Below, piece by piece: positions 1-12,092 of a DNA stretch of 64,000 nt. How positions within the stretch are numbered: position 1 is the stretch's first letter; the number at the start of each line of letters is the position of its first letter. The notes beneath the pieces were generated by a model. It was not told the DNA's origin. It saw only the letters and a program-made list of their open reading frames with translations, and searched no databases. The position numbers and the translations under genes were made by a program. Source of the stretch: Bugula neritina (lineage: Eukaryota; Animalia; Bryozoa); the NCBI GenBank assembly GCA_964035545.1, contig OZ037765.1, positions 8,814,698-8,878,697 on the forward strand, given 5' to 3'.

Positions 1-530
1 GCGGTGATTCGAACGCCTTTGAAAATTATTTACAAATTATTCGCAACATTCTTATCAAAAGATGTTATATAAATGCTATTTACTAAATAAAAGCAATAAC
101 ATGAAAAGAATCTTTCTTTTAAATATATCCGTTTTTAAAATAATTGTGCAAACTAATTTAAATAATGAATATTTAAGCCGTCCAAATCAGTTTTAAGTTT
201 TTGATTTGCTTGATTTTGTGATTAGGGAAAGCTAGATTTTTAAGCTGAGTTTAATTCAAACAAGCCAGATAAAGATTTTTTAATCTTTTAAAACTTTTGA
301 ATTGATTAAATTAAATCAAAAATAAGCGATTAAAATAAACTAGCGAAAATGTTCTTTAAATTTTAGTACCAGATCAACTCTACCCAATAGGAGCCCGCCG
401 TGATATTTTGAATCAAGCACTGCTTGATCAACGCCGCAACGTAAACCGGAGTACGATTTAGCCCGGATGTTAACAAAAATCGCTAAAATTTGCTGTTACG
501 GCGTACGGTACGGTAAGTGTGAATAGGGGG
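1..530 (+). mobile_element. Harbinger/PIF-type MITE, copy 1 (left end lies outside the window)
   Basis: Near-identical to 687-1215; ends in the TIR ...GCGTACGGTACGGTAAGTGTGAATAGGGGG followed by TTA; no coding capacity. Confidence 0.8.
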
Positions 531-533
531 TTA

Positions 534-1215
534 CCCCTCATTCACACTTACCGTATCGTACGCCGTAACAGCAAAATCAAAATGGCGACGCTGTTGCATT
601 TTGTCAACGGGTGTTCACACATTGCCGTAAAAGTACAATGCATGACGTTGAGCTGTGACCAATCATAATAAAGCCAACTCTTGTCTGCGGTGATTTGAAC
701 GCCTTTGAATATTATTTACAAGTTATTCGCAACATTCTTATCAAAAGATGTTATATAAATGCTATTTGCTAAATAAAAGCAATTACATGAAAAGAATCTT
801 TTTTTAAATATATTCGCTTTTAAAATAATTGTGCGAACTAATTTAAATAATGAATATTTAAGCCGTCCAAATCATTTTTAAGTTTTTGGTTTGCTTGATT
901 TTGTGATTAGGGAAAGCTAGATTTTTAAGCTGAGTTTAATTCAAACAAGCCGGATAAAGATTTTTTAATCTTTTAAAACTTTTGAATTGGTTAAATTAAA
1001 TCAAAAATAAGCGAATAAAATAAACTAGCGAAAATGTTCTTTAAATTTTAGTACCAGATCAACTCTACCCAATAGGAGCCCGCCGTGATTTTTTGAATCA
1101 AGCACTGCTTGATCAGCGCCGCAACGTATACCGGAGTACGATTTATCCCGGATGTTTACAAAAATCGCTAAAATTTGCTGTTACGGCGTACGGTACGGTA
1201 AGTGTGAATAGGGGG
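534..1215 (+). mobile_element. Harbinger/PIF-type MITE, copy 2 (~682 bp)
   Basis: ~40-bp TIRs CCCC(TC/CT)ATTCACACTTACCGTA.CGTACGCCGTAACAGCAAA; flanked by TTA (531-533) and TAA (1216-1218). TWA trinucleotide flanks are typical of PIF/Harbinger. Confidence 0.8.
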
Positions 1216-1248
1216 TAAGTGTTACACTTTGACTTACTCTTACTCTAA

Positions 1249-1931
1249 CCCCCTATTCACACTTACCGTACCGTACGCCGTAACAGCAAATTTTAGCGAT
1301 TTTTGTTAACATCCGGGCTAAATCGTACTCCGGTATACGTTGCGGCGTTGATCAAGCAGCGCTTGATTCAAAAAATCACGGCGGGCTCCTATTGGGTAGA
1401 GTTGATCTGGTACTAAAATTTAAAGAACATTTTCGCTAGTTTATTTTAATCGCTTATTTTTGATTTAATTTAACCGATTCAAAAGTTTTAAAAGATTAAA
1501 AAATCTTTATCCGGCTTGTTTGTATTAAACTCAGCTTAAAAATCTAGCTTTCCCTAATCACAAAATCAAGCAAATCAAAAACTTAAAACTGATTTGGACG
1601 GCTTAAATATTCATTATTTAAATTAGTTTGCACAATTATTTTAAAAACGAATATATTTAAAAGAAAGATTCTTTTCATGTAATTGCTTTTATTCAGTAAA
1701 TAGCATTTATATAACATCTTTTGATAAGAATGTTGCGAATAATTTGTAAATAATATTCAAAAGCGTTCAAATCACCGCAGACAAGAGTTGGCTTTATTAT
1801 GATTGGTCACAGCTCAACGTCATGCATTGTACTTTTACGGCAATGTGTGAACACCCGTTGACAAAATGCAACAGCGTCGCCATTTTATTTTTGCTGTTAC
1901 GGCGTACGATACGGTAAGTGTGAATAGGGGG
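1249..1931 (-). mobile_element. Harbinger/PIF-type MITE, copy 3 (inverted relative to copies 1-2)
   Basis: Reverse complement of 534-1215 with scattered SNPs; same TIRs; flanked by TAA (1246-1248) and TTA (1932-1934). Confidence 0.8.
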
Positions 1932-2160
1932 TTAGTCTTACTCTAACTCTTAGTCTTAGAGTTACACTTACTCTTAGTCTTACAGTTAGTGAGTTACTGT
2001 TAGACTTAGTGTAATTTGGCGTACTCTTACTCTTAGAGTTAATACTTTGTCTCTTAGAGTTAGTCTTACAGTTACTGTTGGTATTACTAAAAGTAGAACT
2101 AAAAGTAAATCTAGCTTTTAAAACTAATTGTTTGGCCATAGTCATAGACTGATAGAGTCA
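1932..2160. repeat. 6-bp-periodic low-complexity tract (TWA-SWS units) upstream of SNRPC
   Basis: tta gtc tta ctc taa ctc tta gtc tta gag tta cac tta ctc tta gtc tta cag... Confidence 0.75.
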
Positions 2161-2445
2161 CCTGAAAACTCAGAGTGAGAGAGAGATTAAATTTTTAACT
2201 CAATGATCTTTATTTAAAAGGGGAAGTCACAGTCCTGTAGTTCAAGACAAAGAAAAATTGAGCGAAACTGAAAGGAAACAGTCGGTAACAGTTGAATTGC
2301 CTAGCGAATTCGACAAAGCATCCTCAACTTCAAGTCATTGGTCATTTTTTTGGCAAGTCAAACGTTGAGTTTGAAGTCAATTTAAAACATCATAGACATT
2401 TTTATTTTCCTGCAAGCAATACACAAATAGTCAAGTTAGGTCACA

Positions 2446-5400
2446 ATGCCCAAGTAAGTATCGCCAATTTGAATTAGTATTAATATTACAACTGTCATTA
2501 TAGTTATATTTTTTCTAATTGTAATTCGAATGTTATTGTTACTGTTAGAGTTAGACTTAGTCATTATGATAATGGCTATTTACCCAGTCCCATACTGATA
2601 CTCAGTGAAAGCTTTACTCAGACACTTTTCAAAGTGTAAACTCTCCTTTGTAATAATTAGTGAGTTTTTGCAATCGTTGATAGTAACTGCTTAGAATTTC
2701 AACATTTGATTTTATTGCCATGATTTATTTTTCCGTCATTATAATATTTTGGATTAGAGTGAAGTCAGAAAGGTTAAACTTCACTTACTTCTTGGTTAAT
2801 TTGAATTATAACTCAATTGTAAAAATTTAAAGCTTAAACTTGAAACCCAACAGTCATAGACATATAATGATAGACATGATCTATCAACGTATACAGTTCA
2901 GTTGTCTAATAATTACAAAAAGTCGGGACTAGTTAAAATGTCTAATCTAACTGGAATACATTCAAAAAGCAACATGAATAATTTTTTTACAATCAGCTTT
3001 CTTGTTTAGTGTACAAAGTATCTTATCATAAAAGCACAATTCAGGATAAATACATCCTTTAAATTTTAAGCCTGACTTTTGTGGCTACTATAGTTGTGTG
3101 TTATATCTTGTATTTATTTATTTTTAGATACTACTGTGATTATTGTGACACATACCTTACTCATGATTCGGTAAGCTGCTTTAAGTAGTAATAATTGGAA
3201 ATAGAAATTTTAGCATATAAATAGCGTTGAATAGATAATGAAATAATTGAATAAATGTACAATATTGGTATATATTGAGAACTACCGAGTTTTATTCCGC
3301 CTGGCTTAGTTCTAGATCATAAATTTCACTGTAAAATTATGATGGCTGGTAACTATTATGTTATTTATTATAGCTTTTTGCTACATAATTTATATTTGTT
3401 GATAGTTGGTGCAGGCTAGTAAATAATTATAAGGAAAATACATGCATTATGTTGTGATAAAGGTTTTATTATACATTATTTTAATGACGAAATCCTTTGT
3501 CAAAACTTCAATTTATTTTCTTCAAGAAAAAACATATCTATTTGTTAGCCTTCTGTGAGGAAAACACACTGTAGCGGTAGAAAGCATAAGGAGAATGTTC
3601 GTATCTACTACCAGAAATGGCTGGAAGAGCAAGTGCAGAAGCTTGTAGATGATACAAGTAAGTCTCTCATTTGTTTATCACTAGTAGACTTTTATCATAC
3701 GATAACTAGTTATCAAGTCTTCTTATTTTAGACTTATCAATTTTCTAAATCTCTGTCTATGTTTAGTAGTCATCTAACAAGGAGTTATATTTGAAACATG
3801 ATTTTCTTGTCTTGCCTCCCTTGATGCTTCTTCTATGGTCAGACAGCTTGAGATTGTCTTTCCCTGCTTTACATCAGGAAAACACATTGCATATAGTAGG
3901 AGGGCTAAGCTATCATTTTAATGCATTATGTAAGATAAAATGGTATCTAAATAATACATTTGTACTCAATGTTGTGAAATGTATTATATCTTTCAAGTTT
4001 ACAAAAAGTTATGTTGCTTAAAATCATCATGAAGTCTATCTTTTTAATAGCTTATAGGAGTATTGGTTTTTGAAAATCATTTAGTATTTTTAAATAATTT
4101 TTAAATGTTCTTTGGTCTTCAGGATAAATAGATACATAAAATTAAGATGGTATAACGTTTCTGTAACTTATAAATATTTTTTTCAATAAAACTTGAGTTA
4201 AAAAATCTTGTCTAAGACAGCCAATCATTTTTATCCCATGTAAGTGAAGTAAAGGGATACAGATACAAAGGGTAAAAAAAGCTATTTTATAAATGCTTTT
4301 AAACATCAGTTGTAGTTCATACAGGTAATTTATATGCATTAGGTCTTGAAACCTTCGATATTTTATTCTTTTACAACATTTTGATATATATTCTTTCATT
4401 GTTTAAAAATCACTTTTGTGTTATTCTGCTTGCCATCAAATACTTGCAATTTGTTTTGTTTTGAATAGCCGCTGCTTTCCAGCAAGGCAAGCTGCCAAAC
4501 AATCCATTTCAAGGGCCTGGGCCAGCTCCTGGTGCCATGCCTGGTAACGCTATGGTTCCACCTCCAGCGGGTCTTGGAGGTATGTAACCAGTTTCCCTAT
4601 AATTTGATATCTCACCAATTGTAGCTGACATATGTTTCAATACTCTATCTATTTAGACTATAAATGCTATGCATGTATGTGTGTGTTTGCGCGTGTGTAT
4701 ATTCTACAATACGATATTGTATATAAAGATATATAAGGTTGTTTTTATATTTATCTATTAACTAAGCACTGGCCATTTGGACCATTGGTAACTTTCTTTC
4801 CCATTACAATAGATTGGGGACATGCCTAGTAGCAGAAAGTATTTAACAAACTTAGCAAACCAAAAAAATTATTTGATCTCAAAGTAATGACTTGACTAGC
4901 CATAGCTGGTTCACCATAAGTGTCTAGAATTACTATATTATACAATACTATATCATATATAATAATATATGAGTTTGTTTTTAGATTTATGTATTAACTC
5001 CATGCTGGTTATTTGAACAATTTATAACTTTCACAATAATCTCACAGTAATAATTTGACTAGCCATAGCTGGTTCACCATAAGTTTTAATTCTGTCTCAG
5101 GAGTGGGTGCTCCGCAGTTACCACAGAGAATGCCTCCTCCTGGTATGATGATGGGAGGACCTCCAGTCAGACCAATGATGCCTCCAAGTAAGTATATGTG
5201 TAGGTTATATTGTCTATATGTAAGTATATGTGTAGGTTATATTGTCTATATGTAAGTATATGTGCAGGTTATATTATCTATATGTAAGTATATATGCAGG
5301 TTATATTATCTATATGTAAGTATATGTGTAGGTTATATTGTCTATATGTAAGTATATGTGTTGGTTACATTGTCTATATGTAAGTATATGTGTAGGTTAT

Positions 5401-6085
5401 ATTATCTATATGTAAGTATATGTGTAGGTTATATTGCCTATATGTAAGTATATGTGTAGGTTATATTGTCTATATGTAAGTATATGTGTAGGTTACATTG
5501 TCTATATGTAAGTATATGTGTAGGTTATATTATCTATATGTAAGTATATGTGTAGGTTATATTGCCTATATGTAAGTATATGTGTAGGTTATATTGTCTA
5601 TATGTAAGTATATGTGTAGGTTATATTATCTATATGTAAGTGTATGTGTAAGTTGTGTTGTCTATGTAAGTACATAGGCAGGTTGTGTTGTAAAATTTAA
5701 AAGTTAGCTTTGAACATAATTTAAATAAATATCATTCTATTTAATCTATACTGTATAGTGGAGTTATCTTTTCAATTCTTTTATACTTGCCTAAATGCAC
5801 AATCATTGCTATCATTGATAATTTTGATTAAAGTGACTGCTACTTTTTGTTGGTTTACAAAATAATATAATACCAAACTTCTTTGTTCATTTGTAATATA
5901 ATTTTAGTTCTGTTATACTAAGGTACAAAATTAAAAAAACCCGCACGCATTTACTTTTATTGTATGTATTCTTTATAGCACGTTTACACTACATAAATAG
6001 GAAAGTTTGATGTTTGTATACAGATATGCAGATGGGTCCAGGTCCCAGGCCAATGATGGGTGGTGGACCAGTAATGATGAGATAG
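2446..6085 (+). CDS. SNRPC: U1 small nuclear ribonucleoprotein C; coding exons 2446-2453, 3128-3170, 3549-3657, 4469-4579, 5101-5187, 6024-6085
   Basis: Spliced translation [61 protein letters not shown]... gives the matrin-type U1-C zinc finger plus a Pro/Met/Gly-rich tail. All introns are GT-AG with consistent phases; stop TAG 6083-6085; AATAAA at ~6147 and ~6186. Confidence 0.97.
5188..5690 (+). repeat. 32-bp minisatellite (GTAAGTATATGTGTAGGTTATATTGTCTATAT) x14 plus 2 degenerate units, starting at the 5' splice site of SNRPC intron 5
   Basis: Units start every 32 bp from 5188 to 5604, with degenerate units at 5636 and 5666. Confidence 0.95.
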
Positions 6086-6541
6086 ACTACAGATAAGAGA
6101 ATCATCACATCAGTGTAATGCTAAGCTTATATTTGAGGAAGATCGAAATAAAAAAATAATTTGTACAAAATGCTATGTATATATCAATAAAAAAGTATTT
6201 ACCACTTATCTTGTATTGCATACTCGTCAAATACAATGATTTGCATCTTATAATCTAAATGCACTACCATTAAAAAAACAATATGATGGATTCAATTACC
6301 TTTTAACCATGTTTTAAATAGATTTCAAAGTTTATTGTAGATGTTCTGTGGTGTAATGGCCTTTGATCTTTATTTAAAAGAGTTAGCTATTAGAAAATCA
6401 ATAATTTTTATGTAGTTCTTCATTGTTTTGACTCCATAGAGTACAATATAGCTTTTAATAACTATTACCCTGGTTATAATACAGTGTACCTTAACCTCTC
6501 TATTTGCTTAACAATTATATTATACAAGAGTCCTAAAACTT

Positions 6542-7504
6542 CTATAGTGAATCATTGTTCTGGTAGGCTAGCCAATGCTTACACTTCTGTGTTGCTTTTT
6601 CAATAACGTAGGCAGCTAAATCCTCATCTTCATCCGTGTTGTATTGCTTGTGATTTACTATATTTTGAACCCCCATATATCTGGAATCATAGCCGAATGG
6701 GGTGATCTCAAAAGGTCTTGTTGTTAGCTGTTGTTGCATGGAAACTTGGTCTCTTGACAAAGTATCTGAATGCATGTCTTCATCTTTTTCTTGAACTTGC
6801 TGTTTTCTACCAATTCTAAGAGCTGTGTGTGAAACTGGAGCTTTACACTTTTTAATTAATGGTATTTGTTCTCGTGATTTTTTGATCTTTTCTGTTTGCC
6901 TTCGTCGGGATCTAGATTCAGATTTAGCCAGTCTTTGTTGTGATTTTAGTACATGGCTGTATTTGTATCTTGTTTCAAAATCCGAATGTCTTCTGTTGCT
7001 TACTCCGTACACCTCTGGCTCAGATTCGGAGTCGGTTACGTATGTTGATGAAGGTGTCATATTTAGTCTGTCTACAAACTTGCAAGTGTTAGTTAGCAAT
7101 ATACTTCTATTGCTGCTGCCGCTTTGTTCCACCGCTTCTGCCATTTCTTGAAGGGTCTGATTGTAGGCCTCTCTAGCCTCCATTGACATATTAGCAAACA
7201 TTTCTTTCCGTTTATCTGCTCTCACAAAGGTTTTGTGTTTCCTGCTGTGTTTCTTTCGTGTGACTGTGTGAGAACATCCTTGCAATTTTGTCTTATCCTT
7301 TTTATTGATTTTTTGGTCGTTGCTGATTCCTTTTATTGTAATCAGTTGAGTTTGTTCTAGGTTATTCATATAGGACAGAGGGGGTAATCTCCACTCATTA
7401 TATTTAATTGTTTTGTTATCAATAATTTTGCTTTGCTGGTATTCTTTTGATTTTTCATGTATTAATGGAAGAGTAACTCCTTTGGCCATTTTGGTGGTTA
7501 TCAT
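6542..7504 (-). CDS. Uncharacterised basic, probably largely disordered protein (320 aa in one exon; possible short N-terminal extension from an exon at 9042-9063)
   Basis: 963-bp open frame in AT-rich DNA; acceptor TTTTAG lies 8 nt upstream of the ATG; K/R-rich patches; C-terminal DEDLAAYVIEKATQKCKHWL. No family recognised. Confidence 0.75.
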   Translation of the reverse strand: MITTKMAKGVTLPLIHEKSKEYQQSKIIDNKTIKYNEWRLPPLSYMNNLEQTQLITIKGISNDQKINKKDKTKLQGCSHTVTRKKHSRKHKTFVRADKRKEMFANMSMEAREAYNQTLQEMAEAVEQSGSSNRSILLTNTCKFVDRLNMTPSSTYVTDSESEPEVYGVSNRRHSDFETRYKYSHVLKSQQRLAKSESRSRRRQTEKIKKSREQIPLIKKCKAPVSHTALRIGRKQQVQEKDEDMHSDTLSRDQVSMQQQLTTRPFEITPFGYDSRYMGVQNIVNHKQYNTDEDEDLAAYVIEKATQKCKHWLAYQNNDSL

Positions 7505-10500
7505 ACAACAGCCTAAAATATTGAAATACAGTATTAATTAATATTTCACTTATGCTCCAGACAATTTTTTGGTTGATTTATTAACAATTTAACTAGGGAG
7601 TTACATTTGCATTTTTGTATAAAAAAAGCCTAAGATTTACTGATCTATAAAATCTATAAATATTTGTAGTGTAGCCTAATACAAAAATAATTTGCATGAC
7701 AGCTCGCTGTGATCTTAATTTTCATGTTGCAGAAAATATTAGGCAATCTACAAAACACTATATTAGTGGATATCAGTAATTTTGAGTTTTTTGATGTAAA
7801 AATTGTTAAGGTGTGGCAGGAGGCGTACATGTCACACATAACTAACGAAAGTTACAATCAAGTACCATGCATTTTCCTCCAAAATTCTTATGTAAAGGGC
7901 TTCTTGGCAAAAGAGCTTAGCTGTTTATCTGTACATTTTGTAAATTAAAAAGGTGATCTGGATACTGCATGTTCGTTGAATACTTAAAAAAATCAAAAAG
8001 TGTGAACTTTAAGAGCCTCACACTCAGTGAATCTACAACTTGAATTATTACCTAAATCAGTTGGGAAAAGGGTTAAGAAAATTAACAGCTTTTCTCGATG
8101 ACAGTACTATAATTAGTATAAATATTAAAGAATATATTAGACATTATTTGCCTTAACTGTAAAAAATGTTTCATGAGTTTTGTTACAGGCTATGCCAACT
8201 TACAAGTCTTTAGCAAAACACAAAATTCATAAGTTTGCTGTAGGTGACTGTACAAATACAGCCAGTGCTATGACACTTTATACAGATCTGTATGGTATTC
8301 ATGCAGCTACTACAATCCTGTAACAATGCAGTGTGATTTCTGGTTTAATGTAGGCAGTTATACATAAGTTTAAATTTTATAGCTATAGGCCTTTTATTCC
8401 AATGTTTAAAGTAATATATCAAACTACGACGTATCAAAATCTAAAATAGCAATGTTACATAGTATTACATTACTCCCTTGACTAAGTAGCATACTTTAAA
8501 ATAGTAACCCAGTTTTGGTTCAAACTAATCTGTAGAATCTTATTAATTTCAAATGAAACCAAAGGAAACAAGGCTATAGCTTATAGTTTATAGTTTATAT
8601 TATAGCATCTTTGGTTATCTAGTATCTTTGATTTGTAATGTAAAACTCTGTAACTAACTTAAACAACAATACTTCTTTTTAGAACTAAATTAAATTAATG
8701 ATATTGTCAAGAAAATAATAAGGCATCATTAATTTATCCAACTTTTAGTCTACTAGTTGAAATAGCAAGTATGTTATCACTATGCAGGTATAGCAGTAAC
8801 TACAAACCTGCGATTCAATGTTGTGCAGCTAAAAGCAAGCACCTTAAATAACTTTAATTATTGAGTCTTGAGCAACACTAATAATTATGGGTGCATTCAA
8901 TATAAGATATAAACTGCTTGTGTGTTAACAACCGATCAAGTTTTATCACCACTCAACCTCATGTTGTTTTGTAATAACAATAATGTTTGTTTTGTCTTAA
9001 ATATCTTTCAATATATAGTGTATATCAAATCAATAATTGACCTTGGTGAGTAGGTTTAGCCATGCTTGCTGATATCAAATCATTGATTCATGCATCCTAA
9101 TCTATTTGAATATATAAAAGATTTTCTTTTTATTAGGATTAGTGTACCAAAAATCATATGCTGGTGCTGTGGATGTTCATCACTGGGTGCTCGCAACTAA
9201 TTTCTCTATTTTTCATCTACAACCTATTTACTATATTCAAAAATTTGACAAATAGATATATCATATTCCAGCTAGACTTAAGTTTCTAACCATCAATAGA
9301 CACACTGAGTTGGCCATATTTCTTTTGGAAAAATTGTAAGTTATAGGAAGGGGAAAATATATTTGTATTTTCATGTCAATATATATAATTGGTTTGAACT
9401 GTTTTGGTAATAAACATTTCAGTCCTGTACAGTGTTAATAAAGCAAGGCTCTTTGCAAGTAATGAAATACCCTTACCTGAGTTTAGAGTGAACTTTTTAC
9501 CCCAGGTTTTCCAGCTGTTGCAGCAGTATAGGTAGTAGGGTCGGTTTGTTCAATTCCTACAGTTTATCTATATTATAATTAAGCACCATTTAAAATTCAG
9601 CAGTGTACTATTGGGCATTGATATTTGCAAAACCATTAATACCTTTGCTATTTATCGTCCATTTTAATCTTGAACTTATCCTTTACACCTTTTTTATGTT
9701 GAACTGAGCTTGTAAATTTATAGAAAGGTATAAGTTGCATAATATAATAAAGGGTAGTCCTATACTGTACATTGCTTTATGCTGGAACATTGTACCCTTG
9801 CAATTAACTGTATTGTTATCAATCAATTAGCATTTAGCCTTATTAAATTTCAAAACATACTAAATCAATTGATCTGAATAAGCTGTGTTTTTGTAGTTGA
9901 ATAACTTTTATAAAGCTGAATTTTAGATTAATTTTCATCAATTAAAACTGCAAACATGCGGGTTTCATTGTAGAGAGATGGAGAACAAGGGCTTTATTAT
10001 ATAGTGCCAATAGCTTATGGCTAGTGTTTCTACCCTGGATAGGTAACCAAACATTATATCATACTCTTTATTTTCAGTATAATAATTGAAAGTTACTTTA
10101 ATATCAGAACACAGTACTTAAGAAACATACATCAAATATTTGCACCTTTAGCATACAGGACAAATTAAAAATGGCAATCCTGGTGAGAATATTTTTTATG
10201 ACTAAGCTAAATAGTAATGTTATAAATGACTGAAGTAGCCAAATAGTAAACATCTGCCTATAATAGCTCATGAAACATTAGCAGCTGTAGTTTGGGTAGT
10301 TTGGGTAGTTTGACTGTCTATATATTTAAGTTATAATTGAGCAATGTGTATAGAATCCACCAGTACTTTAGTAGATTCTAAACTGGCTTTGAAGTCATCC
10401 CTGTAAAAAAAATCCATGATGTTGCAATAATTTATTTTCATAATAATATTATTGTAAACCAATATTTATTGCACTCATCTGTGTCATGGTGTATGTATAT

Positions 10501-11139
10501 GTGGCATAGATGAATGGTTATTGGTTATATGTTATAATTAAAGTGATTGTCTTGGTGAGATGTACGGAACTTATGAGAGGGTTTTGTTATTGGTTGATTG
10601 AAATGTATCTTAGGACAACTTCCTTTAAAAATTCTGTGTTGTAGAAGCATTTAGCAGTAAAGCACAATGGTTGTCTAGGCATTCAAAAGAAGTATACCCG
10701 AGAGGCTTGTGAAGGTAGAAGTGGCCAATGGGTGAACTGGAAATTTTTTTTCAAGACCAACGCCCAGAACTTGAGTGCATGGAACCAAAAGGAAGCTGTG
10801 GTGCCTTCACTTGGGCATCATTAAATAAAGCTAAATAGAGTTCTAAGAATAAGGAGTTTTCCTTTCTAATTAAATGCGATACTTAGTAATTTGATCAATC
10901 TATGGCGGCGGTAGTCTAACTTGGAGTTATCCTCTCTAACGATATAACTTTCTAAGTAGATCAACTTGCACTGTACTTCATGGCATAATCGATTCAGGTC
11001 AAAGCTCTTCAATTTTAGAGGTAGTTCGACCATCCATGTGAATGTCACCAAAATCAGATTTGATTCTCAATTCCATTTCAAATCTGATATAGAACACTGT
11101 GCTGCTACTTCTATTCTGTTTTAAAATTAATGTTGATGA

Positions 11140-12060
11140 TCAAATGATGATGCCTAAGTCCTAACGACTTAGTCTAAATCTAATGCTAGCCTAAGGCTAA
11201 TGGTTATTACTATTACTATTAGTATTAGTATTACTATTAGTATTAGTATTACTATTGTATTAGTTATTAATATTACTTATTACTATTACTATTACTATTA
11301 GTATTACTATTACTATTAGTATTACTATTAGTATTACTTATCTTAATCTTATACTTATATCTAAAACTTATAGTTATTTATTATTACTATTACTGACTTA
11401 TTACTTATTAGTTATTACTTATACTTATACTTATAGTTATAAGTTAAACTTAATGTTATTACTATATTACTATTAGTATTAACTTGGTGGCTTACAGTTA
11501 CAGTGCCAGTAAATGTAATTACATTTACTGTCACTATCACACCACACTGCCACAGTCACTCATCAGTAAAAGTAAAACGGGAAAAGTAAATGCAATCAGT
11601 ATGAGTATCAGTATGAGTATCACTATAACTATAAGATTAAGTATAAGTATAACTGTATAACTATGAGTCTAAGTGTAAGTCTAAGTGCAACTGTAAGGGC
11701 CTGTAAGGCATAAGCCTAAGGTGATATGACATAACAGTAATCTACATTAGTATAATCATGATCATAATGATGATTCTAAAGATAATAATTATGTTGATGT
11801 TATTATTAGTATTACAATTATAATTATTATTAGTATTACTATTACTGTTCAGGTTAGTACAACTACAAGTGACAATGTCAATAGCAGTTACTGTTAGACT
11901 TAGAGTTACTGTTGCTGTTAACTAGTTACTAGATAGTTTTATTTACTTATTAGTTATTACATATTTACTTTTACTATTGGCAGATTGAGATAGTATTACT
12001 ATTACAGTTACTTATTAAGTTATTCTATAGTAAAGTGAAAAATCATAAACTCAAAATGAC
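11140..12060. repeat. 6-bp-periodic low-complexity tract (TATTAC/TATTAG and TNA-SWN units)
   Basis: tattac tattag tattag tattac...; tga gta tca gta tga gta tca cta taa cta taa gat taa gta taa gta taa ctg. Confidence 0.8.
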
Positions 12061-12092
12061 AATAATGGTCACAATGATAACATAATAATAAT

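Noticed and set aside
1897-2145. 82-aa ORF and similar ORFs at 36383-36589 and 37176-37479 with alternating residues
   Set aside because: By-products of the 6-bp-periodic tracts; no splice or homology support.
5188-5690. 32-bp repeats as a possible CRISPR array
   Set aside because: Units are contiguous with no unique spacers, there are no cas genes, and the context is a eukaryotic intron.
6825-7151. 108-aa plus-strand ORF; likewise 49564-49821, 53201-53629 and 62022-62246
   Set aside because: Antisense shadows of real coding exons.
7520-10400. snoRNA-host interpretation of the short upstream exons
   Set aside because: No convincing paired C/D boxes with terminal stems were found in the introns.
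10600-11070. GC-richer segment that could be a coding or retroelement remnant
   Set aside because: No sustained frame or recognisable motif; cannot be classified without a database search.
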